Assembly: GCA_965637545.1 (NCBI GenBank) | Contig: OZ281494.1 | Coordinates: forward strand, 24,304,001 to 24,368,000 | Length of the DNA stretch: 64,000 nt | DNA from: Phallusia mammillata | Taxonomy: Eukaryota | Direction: 5' to 3' | The notes under the pieces: model-generated | What the model was told of the DNA's origin: nothing | The model's database searches: none | Seen by the model: only the letters and a program-made list of their open reading frames with translations | In this document: positions 13,501 to 23,200 of the stretch, piece after piece | Layout: every line of letters begins with the position of its first letter | Numbering within the stretch: position 1 is the first letter of the stretch | Program-made: the position numbers and the translations under genes

Positions 13501-13949
13501 TCAGCCCTGAAGCGTCTATGCAGACCAGCGACCACGGCACACTCATTTCTAAAGCACAGTACGCCTAGGGCTCCGGAGGATTTTACTATCATATCGTCGT
13601 TTTTTATTGGAAAAACTCGGTCTGTTCGACTTTCACATAGAGATTATCAATCCGGTTAATCGCATATTTCGTTGAAAATCGATGCGAATAGTTTATGCGA
13701 TAAACGTACGCGCTTAACCGGACGATTTTCTTAACAAACGATGGGCGACGGTTTGGGATTTTTAATTGTGATGCAATTAAACGGATTATGCGATTAACCG
13801 GATTCGTCTGTATATTGTTTTTTTAGAATTGCAACATGAAAGGAAGAAAAGCAATTACCACTTTGCTGTGGCACCAATCTGTTGTTAAAGAACAAGACAG
13901 GTTTTATACATCCCCAGTTTGCCTATATACCAATCCACACTATCAGTAG
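4554..13949 (+). CDS. Kelch-like protein with tandem BTB-BTB-BACK-Kelch architecture, ~813 aa
   Basis: 18 phase-consistent GT-AG exons: 4554-4740, 4990-5103, 5220-5328, 5666-5851, 6168-6266, 6379-6492, 6566-6692, 7285-7491, 7649-7933, 8078-8136, 8253-8347, 8453-8512, 8582-8737, 9705-9797, 10821-10990, 11099-11161, 11319-11513, 13827-13949 (2442 nt). BTB1: TDVVIRC..FYCHSLVL..SGYF..LIDFIYLGEI. BTB2: LPCHKELLASFGEYFHAMF..ES..EVVLQDI..LIGYLYTAEI. BACK: LSSDQL..EKTVFEAIMKW. Kelch: LYITGG, RHSHHMVAIDDSLYVVGG, RFDPVNEKW. Confidence 0.88.
6718..6895. mobile_element. hAT MITE (178 bp), intronic
   Basis: TIR CAGTGGTGGGATTCA / TGAATCCCACCACTG with perfect TSD CTTTGATT. A second copy lies at 51774-51935. 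Confidence 0.93.
9052..9564. mobile_element. hAT MITE with (A/C)TAGAATT subterminal repeats, intronic
   Basis: TIR CAGACTTGGACAACTAGAT / ATCTAGTTGTCCAAGTCTG with perfect TSD CCTTTTTA. Confidence 0.93.
9953..10570. mobile_element. hAT (Charlie/Buster-type) MITE, intronic
   Basis: TIR CAGTGGTTCTCAAA / TTTGAGAACCACTG, subterminal GGGTCGCGACCC and perfect TSD CCTTATAC. A related inverted copy lies at 27053-27458. Confidence 0.93.
11586..11925. repeat. Degenerate tandem duplication (~208-bp period) in the last Kelch intron
   Basis: TAGCCC..ATTA(A)ACAAT..TGAATTG.ATGAA.T..GGCAGTTT.TAGAA..TTT.CCCTGTAG.CC occurs from 11586 and again from 11794. Confidence 0.6.
12011..13810. mobile_element. Non-autonomous Tc1/mariner-superfamily (pogo/Tigger-like) element, 1.8 kb
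   Basis: TIR CAGACGAATCCGGTTGATCGCAT / ATGCGATTAACCGGATTCGTCTG, TA on both sides (12009-10, 13811-12) and reiterated subterminal ATGCGATTAACCGGA motifs. No transposase ORF. Confidence 0.85.
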
Positions 13950-14198
13950 GAAATCATAAGAAGCAGGCGTAATGTAAAAATACTAATATATATCTTTGGT
14001 ACAGACATATGAACATTTCATATATTGCATTGCTGCATTTATCACTTTTTTTGGTGCATGAAAACAACTTTTTCAGAAAAGTTCTTGATGTTTTCAACTG
14101 TAAAAAAGAAAAGCTGCAACTTTCCTACAACAAAATAACAGAAAAACAGCACTTAAAATTGAAACTGTGAGTTTCTTTAAATGTATAACTTGTTAATG

Positions 14199-14204
14199 AA
14201 TAAA
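14199..14204 (+). terminator. Candidate polyadenylation signal of the Kelch gene
   Basis: AATAAA ~250 nt after the stop, followed by a U/GU-rich tract. Another AATAAA lies near 14980. Confidence 0.45.
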
Positions 14205-15309
14205 TTATCATTTGTTTTTGCATCCTTTCTATTGTGCTAATCTTATTCCCAGATGTTAAACATTGATTTGTGTTCTATTACCATTTTTACATTTCACAGG
14301 CCATGCCTATGTTTACAAGTTTTTGCATCAAATGCATTTTATGTTATTTTCATATGTACTACTGGTTTGTTAGCTGGTGTTTTTAAGTTCAACTACTTTT
14401 TTGTGTTTTGAGTTGTGTAGCAAAATGGTAGGTTTTTACAATGATGAACATGTTGCACTCTCTGTTTTGTACTACGCCTTTTTGAATTAAGTATTTTTGC
14501 ATAAACATTAATGTGCTTTTGTTTGATGTTGAAATACCGCTTGACAGTAACTGCTTTAGAGTCTAAAAAATGTTATGCTTGCCAGTAAAGTCAATTCAGA
14601 CATACTACATGGCACATTAACACCTAAAAATTGCACACAAACAATCAGTACATTACTGTAAATGATACATCCAATCCAACGAGACAATTGATGCTGGAAT
14701 TTTTTTTTAATTATCCAACATTTGGTGCTAGAATAACATTAAAAACTACTGTATAAACACTGTTTCTCTGAATTTTAACAATTATGCACAACAACTGTAT
14801 ACTCCTTTCCCACACACACACTTTGTAAATTAATATTTAAATCATGTGTCTAAAGTCAACCACTTATTTTCAGTCATGCACAAATTTAGCACTTACTTGC
14901 TTTCTACGGAGTAGACTTTTCTTTTACTTTGCATATTTTTCTTTCAATTAGACTTGCCATTGCTGTACCAAAGTATTTAAATAAAAATGTGCCATCTGAA
15001 AAATAATGCTATGCTAAGAAATTGTTTTAGATTTGCTTTGACAGTTAACCTAGTTTGTCAACTACTGGCCTTGTGTTTTGAAGGTTGTGGTTCCGCTTTC
15101 ACTTTAGTTGCAATATATGTAGTCATGTTAAAAGGACTAGTAGGGCAATAAACCTAGTACATTACGCCATTTTGTTTGATCAGTTTATTAAAAGTAACAA
15201 CAACACAGCTTGGTGCCAAAAAAATCACAAATGCAAATTAAACAAAATTTTGTTGAGAGAAACAGTCGTGTCCCCAACTCATGGCAAAAAAGAGAAACAT
15301 TGTTTAACC

Positions 15310-15459
15310 CAGTGGTTCTCAACCTTTCATGCACCATGGCCCCTAAAAGTAACCCTGTAAGACCTGTGGCCTCCTACCAAATAATTTATGTAGCAAACTC
15401 AACTTAATTGTAAAGTCCATGATCTATCTGGATGGATAGTTTTTGGTTGAAAACCACTG
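15310..15459. mobile_element. hAT (Charlie/Buster-type) MITE, 150 bp
   Basis: TIR CAGTGGTTCTCAACC / GGTTGAAAACCACTG with perfect TSD GTTTAACC. Confidence 0.9.
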
Positions 15460-17247
15460 GTTTAACCTTTTTGCTTTGAATGCATTGTTTGTTTGATCAG
15501 CTTGGGACATTTTCCAGATTTTTAGCAAAACTAAGGTACAAGTTACTACTTGCAACCCACCTCAAGAAGTACCAAATTACGCAGTGTTCTTTTGACATCT
15601 AAGTTTTTCAACTAAATTTGCAAACTTTCGCAATAATTGTGCAAAAAAGGGCATCATTATAGCACTCCAAATCAGAATGGACACAAAAACAAGCAAACGT
15701 ACTTCTGCACAAAAACACTGCGCCACGTCACTTGGCGATTAGCATTCCCGCCCTTTTAGTTGTAGTTCGAATTCGAATATGTACACGAAATTGATTTCCA
15801 TGAAAAAAATAAAACGATGTATGTTTAAATTATTCTACTTGTCAATCAATCGTTTATTTTTAGCGAACGCAAATTTTAAATTGAAAACAAATATGATGGC
15901 AGGAAGGCATCGTATTAACCTAACGGTTTTCGAGTGAATATACCCCCTTAAAAAAACATAACTAATTGAGTATAGTTTCAGGTTTGCATGTTTCATAAAA
16001 GTTTCATTAAACTGGTGTATATCACATATGCAATTTATTCAATAGGCCTATTTTTAAAATAGCCTACACAAATACAAATTTTGTATTTTTCAACTTTTCA
16101 CCTTTTCACCTAATGAGCATAAATCAAAGTGGTGACAATTTTATTACACCAAATTATGTGTGGAAAATAATACACCCTTATATTGGTCTCCTTTCCTGAA
16201 AGAGATGTTGTTTTCTGTCCCTACTTTTTTTCTATCTTATGTAGGTTTGTTCCACACGTTTGGTCAAGATTTCCACACGTGATAGGTTACTCGAAGGTGA
16301 TTTTTCAAAGTAGTATTCGGATGAAATTCTTCGGTATATCTTATCACCCACAAACCCTTTGTCGCGAAGATTTCAAAAAGCAAGCTGATCACCGGAAAGG
16401 CGAGAGCAAAATTATATTTCATAGGATTGTGTTCCACGAAACTCTCAAAACTCTCTTAAAGGCTCATACAGAGTCTTTGTCAGGTCATCTGTTAGTCAGG
16501 TTTTTAGTTAGCATTGAGTTAATTTAGTCAAAAATTCCTCAAAATCATGATTTTTTATTTGACATACAATGGCAAGTTAGAGAAAATGAGAAATAAGCAA
16601 AAAACAAAGAGAAGAAGTTTGTTTGAAAATTATTATCCAATAACTACGACCCGACCAGCGGGTACATATTCCTAAAATAGTTAACAACGAGAGGTATAAC
16701 AGAAACTGTTTAACTTAACTTGGTTTTACTTTGAAATAGTTTTCAAGAAAACTCATGATATGTGCTATATGGTAATAACATACATAACTTACTAAAAGGT
16801 ACTGTTGGATTTCGCCTTTTAAGATTGCAATTTGTTTGCAAAAACATGCAGGTACATCAGCAGATTGAAACATACGTAAACAGGCAGACACTATGATAGT
16901 GGAATCAGTCAGAAATGAGGTAATGCTAATAAGAAAACACAACGGAACAGTAAACAAAAAAGTAAGAACTGAAATTCCTTGTTATAGATCACAAATAATT
17001 GAGTTAAATTCAATTAGATCAAGACAAAAGTGACTTTTATGGTGAAAACTTGCAGCGAAAGGTTTCGTCTCTAGTGAAAACCATAACCTCAAGCTATATT
17101 TGAAAGAAAACTGTAATGTAACATGGCAATATTAAGATGCTGTTGTCTAATATAAAGGGGAATGTTGACTTTATAGGTATGTTGTCTCACGCAACTTATT
17201 TATCAATGTGGCAAAAATGTTTTAACCGCAATCAAAAAATAAGATAT

Positions 17248-20207
17248 TTAAAGTACAGAAGTTTGCTGAGGTTTTTCTGCGGTTAACAAGGGGGCCTGGT
17301 AGGGTCCACTCTCGGTCCCATCTGGGGTTTGAGATTCCCCCGATGAAGTAGATTTACGTTTGCTGCTCGACGATGATGCAAATGATGACGTGGATGACGT
17401 AGTGAGCGCCCTGGAACACGATTGAATGCCGATGGGGCGAGAATATGCGACGACCAAAGCGGGCAAAAGAATACAGGTAAAATAACCTTGGACAAAACTG
17501 TAATCTCGGAAGTTGGCGCAAGATTTTAGCCCCAGTGGAAGACCTGGGATCCGCCCCACATGGTATGCGTAAAAAGGAGCATAACAGACGAAGCACACTG
17601 CACAAATTAGGGCCACCCAGACTCCGGCGGGCATACAGGGACGCATTTGGCGCTTATTGTTGCGGGATGAATTTTTATGGCGTACCGCTGTCGGTTCGGA
17701 ATATGCGTTTTGTGGTACCAGGACTGAATGTGGCGTCATAAGGACTTTGTTAAGAATCCACAACACAAAGACGGCGAGAAGTGGGAGCAAAAAGGTTGCC
17801 ACAAAAGTCACAATCAGCCACGTCATATAAGGAGGATTGTCAGCGTCTTTGCACTCTATAACATGCTCCTGCACTTCCGCCTGGAACGGGATTTCCGGAA
17901 GAGGGTAGTGCTCCAATTCGTAATCATAGTACTCCATATCATCCTCCGCAAAAGAATCGGACTGTTCGTAATGATCTTCTTTCTGATCGGGAAGAGGAAG
18001 TTGGAAGACCAGCTCGCATGTATTGATTTTTCCCAAATTCTCAACCTCGGAAAATACAAGCATTGGTGCAGCGAAAGCAAGGGAAAACACCCAACCAAAC
18101 ACCACCGCTGCGATTTCTAGGATTGTGCGTGTGATGTCAGTGATACGTGGACGCTTACGTAGTATGACGTAGTCGGCGCAGAGCGTGACGGTGAAGTAAG
18201 CCTGGGCGAAGATTGCAAGAGCCTTCACGCAGTTAACCAACTGTGAAAAAGAAAAAAAAGATTTAGTGCAAAGTAGAAAATAACTCGTAACAACATAAGT
18301 TTAAAACAAAATAGTCATTAATTTAAATATGTCAAAAAAGAAATCGTTAGGTGGCACCAGAAGTCAAAACACGGAAGGTTTTGCACTTGTAATTTTTGGG
18401 TTTAAAGTCCAAACAAATGGGCCAAGCACAAAATAAGTTGAAAAGTTTGTTGCAACCCACCACAGACACATGCATTTTATCTCCAGTTGATCATAAATTC
18501 ACTGCTGCTTACATGCAGAAACCCATACTAATATGAATTAAGATGTTACCATTTTTATAAAGTGACAGTTTTGACGTTTGAAAATAAAGGTGTAAGCCAA
18601 GGAAAATTAACCGATATTATGTGATATTTATGCTCCTGTATGCAAATTTTTTTCTTCTATTTTAATTTTTTTTTTCTTTGTTTAATACACGCAACACGTT
18701 TCCGACTTTGAAAAATATATGGCTAATACGACTGTAGAACATGAGATCAACCCTTATAAGGAGGGAAAAAATAAATAGCCGTAAAATGGCCAAAAAAATT
18801 CGATGTCAGAATACAATTTAGGATGTTGATAATACATTCTGCACCAGGCGCTAAAAACTAGACAGAAACGTATTTTTTTACCTTTATTCCACATTACTAT
18901 TTGATTGGTTCTAGGGCAGCGGTTTTGAAACTAGGGCCAAATGTTTGCGTACTGGTACGCAAAGCAATATCTGTAGAACTGCCAAGAGACCAAGGTTCTA
19001 TAATCTTACTTGTGTTGCAAAGGAACAATTGTTTGCGCATAATCGAATGTCTTAAACTCGTCTGTGATGTCACAAGCTGCTCTTAGATTGATATTGATAA
19101 ACAAGCGAGTTTCTATGTTAATAAAATCCTGAATGTTGCAGTGAGGGTGGAAATGTAGTGACGAATTTTATTTAGCTTGGACCGTAAGTCCAATAGCACA
19201 TCGACCATTCTGTAAATGAAAAAGTTTGAATGCCACTGTCCTTGGCCTGAGCAATAGTCTGTGCGGCCTGAACGAGTGTCGATAAACCGTTTGGCGGCCT
19301 TCACAAACAAAAAGGTTCCCCACCCCTGGTTTAGGCTCACAAAACATAAGGAAGAATTCTTTCTACCCAGACAGCAGCCGCTAAGTCGGGAAGTGGTATT
19401 TGATATTTCCGTGCAACCACGAAAAATTAAACCGGGTACCGAAAATAAAAAAGGAATGTACCAACACCGTAAATAGGTTTGCCGTTTGCCGATTTTTACT
19501 TGGTAGCCTATAACATTGTTATGGGGAGTTAAAAGATACGATCAGAAATGCAGGGTTAATCAAGTCAATTTTGGCAACTCAAAATAGGTTGATTGGTGGC
19601 GCAATGTGTTAATTTATCGTACGATATAAGCGCTAGACGCACCATTGCGTTATGTAAACACTTTTATAGCAGGCTGTGAATGCCTATTTATGCTTACATG
19701 AAATTTATAATATTTTAATCTACATGTTACGTTCAATGTTATCCCCCACCTTACCTTGCACATAATAGATCCGAGCATCCAAGTTTCCAGCAGCCTGTAC
19801 TGCGCCGAAAATCCCATAGACAGAATAAGCAGGAGACATGAAATGCATAAGTTCTGCATGAACAACCTTTGTGAGTACTGCAGAGAACTGCATCGCTGTG
19901 ACACAACCAAGGCCACCACGTTCATTACAGCCCCCGCCACAGCTATGACGAAATACACCAGACTGATGACGTAACGTCGTGATGATGTCATCTCTCCAAT
20001 TTTCTGGTCCAACGATTTTTCAAGTTCTTCGAGACCACCGTGGTCTGCTTCTAAGGGGTTTTCCCCATATTCAGCATCTTCAAACTGGAACTCGTCAAGG
20101 TCGGGGAAGTTGCTTGGTTGTCCGAATGCCGAACTACTGATGCTCAGCAGCAACATCGGTAAAAGCAATGAAGTCATAACGTGTTTTATTTTACCGTTTT
20201 TAAGCAT
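17248..20207 (-). CDS. Orphan class A (rhodopsin-like) GPCR, peptide/chemoattractant-receptor-like, atypical; ~481 aa (471 aa from ATG 20177)
   Basis: Exons 20207-19755 and 18240-17248, separated by a phase-0 intron after WMLGSIMCK. Signal peptide, acidic N-terminus and seven hydrophobic segments with N1.50, C3.25, W4.50, P5.50, CYAP (P6.50) and P7.50. Ser-rich tail ending TSVL. An acceptor near 20229 implies an upstream non-coding exon or trans-splicing. Confidence 0.9.
19245..19328. mobile_element. One end of a hAT MITE (fragment) in the GPCR intron
   Basis: GCGGCC repeats followed by AAAAAGGTTCCCCACCCCTG, a typical Charlie-type terminus. The matching other end was not identified. Confidence 0.5.
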
Positions 20208-23200
20208 TGTGATTTGCCTGCTGTAATCTAGGAAACACAAAGAATTTTGCAATGAGAATAAATCATGTTAAATGTCATCTAAAAAGGAACCACTGTTAAG
20301 CGATGTGACTGCATGTTTTGGTGAAAAATATTTACGTATGCATAACAATATATCCTGAAAATTATACCACAGACCGTTTGATTTGTTTCGCTCAAATGCA
20401 AACAGCATGTAAGTTCTCAGTAACTGCGTAGCAATGATGTTGTTTATTTCTTTAAGCGTAAATTAGAACCGTGGAATATGTAAACAGACAACACGCGAAC
20501 AAAATCACTTAAACGCGAGAAGCTGAAATTTCAGTTATTTTTGCATCGCATAACAGCCGCTATAGGCTATGCGTTGATTACAGTAAACAAGGTAATTTTA
20601 GAGGGATGTGATACAAAAACCAAACCTGGGAAGTATGTAAGGAAGTGGCAGTGAACCAAAAACAAAGATATTGCTTCTTGAAATACAAATAAGTAAGACA
20701 TAACGAGTTGCTTCAATTCCTCAATCTGTTGCCTAAATATTACGTAACATAAGCGTCGTGAAAATTTGTGGTTGGGATCAGTGCGCCACAACTTTTAGGG
20801 ATGAAATTGCAGAGCAACAGTAGACATTAGGAATACAAATTACACACCACGTTCTCAGCTACACCAATAGTCTGGAACTTTCGTAAAATTGGTGATTTAT
20901 AATCCCTTTGATATAAAAAATCATACCATCAAAAACTTTTGTTTGAAATGCTTTAAACGTTTGAAATACTTCATTTAGTGCTCGTGCCACCCAACGTGGC
21001 AATCTTTTTCCCATTTTAGCTGGCCAAACAATTAACAACAACAAGTTGTTCACCTAAGCAATAACTTTGTGGTCAATCTAGCATACCGCACTACTCAACA
21101 CAGACACCCTTCTTAAAGTGCCTCCTGAGTGGCATGTAATTGCCCCTTGACGAGCAAAAACTGTCAGCTGCCATCAATCAAATGCCACTTGAAATTTGAC
21201 AGAGTGTGATGAATCGTTACGCTTTAATGCGCACCAATAAGAACGCCTCGTGCTGGCTTGTCACATTTTTTGGGCGCATAGGAAAGCACTTGAAAGAATT
21301 ATTGTCATACTTCGGACTCTAAAAGCTTGGGCAACGGCCGCAGTAGCTATTCGTAATCACCACCACGGTTGAAACAGACCGCTTAACGCGGGGCTGGTGA
21401 TGATGGGCGCTTGTCATTGATCTGTCATTTTTGCTCTGTTGCCTGTGATAGCGGTGGGTTATGTATAGAGGAGGTTAGTGAAAAATTCCAACCCATTTGG
21501 GGTGTTGGCAAACTTCTCAGCAATGACAAAAAGATTAAATAATGGACTAAATAGAAAATTTACCTTGAATAAAACCAAGTGGCCAAAGCTAAAACATATA
21601 AATGCATGACATTATTTTTGATATACTTGCCACCTATCTTTCATGTTTTTTGTCCTTATTTGTCATGGGGTGACAGATACTGGAATAAATATCCCATTAA
21701 AATGTGAGAATATGCTTAACTAGGGTTTCCAAAGCATTTCATACATTTTCGTACGCTTATGTCTTCAGCGTAACTAACTTGAAATGTCACTTGGTAAATG
21801 TCGGCAAAGGTTTACAAAAGCCAAGTGAGTATTTAATTCAGCGACTTTACATTGAATGCAAGACGGTATTCAAACCTATATGGATATCTGTATTACAAAT
21901 GTATGATGTGAAATGTAAAGTAATGGCGGTACGTTCGCTTTATTTCAAGTTTTTTTATCGTTCGCTTAGTCGTGTTCGCTGCTCCAAATTTTTGGTTTAG
22001 AAGCTCTGTTTAGTGGTTTGTCATGCTGTTTATTAAGTCTAAAAATGTGCACCGGTTTTTACGGAATTCACGATTAAGTGATGATTCAGGCGTGTGAAAA
22101 TTCACATGTGGTTTGCATATAATTGCTGCCTTCTCAATACAAATGGCGATGACTTGTACTGAGAAACGATATATGAGACTAAATTTACGTTCGAAACGTG
22201 TTTTTTCTGTACACTGTCATTTGTTTTACATTACAATTCACATATACTGCACACATTGGTCCTATATACAGCACCTTATTACTAGTTACAAATGCCACAG
22301 TTATTTTTGACCTAACGGTGCACATGAAAAACAGCAATAGCTTTAGAAGCTAACGGAAAAAGATGGGCGAATTCCTTTGAAAGGTGCAAAACACTTTTAA
22401 GCAAAAACGTTGATACAAATTACTGACCAAGATAACACACTAACATTTAAAAAAGACGTTTCGTCGACACTAGTTCAAAATATATTCAAGGGTATTTACT
22501 GTGAAAACCATTTAATAAATGTACGCAACTAAAACAAAAGATTCGTCGAAACGTTATATTTTACTCAAATATATTTTTTCTATTATACATAATATTTTCA
22601 TGAAATATTAACGTCAATTAATTAGTAAACCATTATACCAAAAATCGATCCAAAGTGCAAATAAATAAACTGAGATAAAATCGGCGCATTTGCTGGATTG
22701 CGAGATGTACTGAACCTCAGAATATAATTTATTCGTAAAAAAAAATGACACAAACTAATAATTGTCAAAAATCACCAAATCTTTGCACCCAAGTCTAGTC
22801 AATAAACGCGACCAACGAACCAACGCCCTAACCCACATTGGCTTTAAATTTGTTTGCATCCAAATATTTCAACACTATAACATCACACTTCCATGCGTTT
22901 GGACAGCACGAAGCATTTTGAGTCAATTCAGCAAAGATTGTCACCGCGTAAATAAAATCACATCACGTACCCGGCCGCCAGAGGACGTGACGTCATCACA
23001 ATCAAACCCCCTACCCACGACATTTCCTCACATGCACATTGTCGGGTGGACTATTGTGTCACAGCACGCGATAGGAAATAACAAACAGTGATTGGCACAT
23101 GTATATTCCCATTGTAAATGCGAGGCTACACTTAACATTTAACTGAAGTTCAATAACCTTGGCAACAACATAGGACCGTGTGACTAATAGGTTACCCTAA

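Noticed and set aside
17283-18120. Several alternative-frame and antisense ORFs over GPCR exon 2
   Set aside because: Shadows of a GC-richer coding exon.
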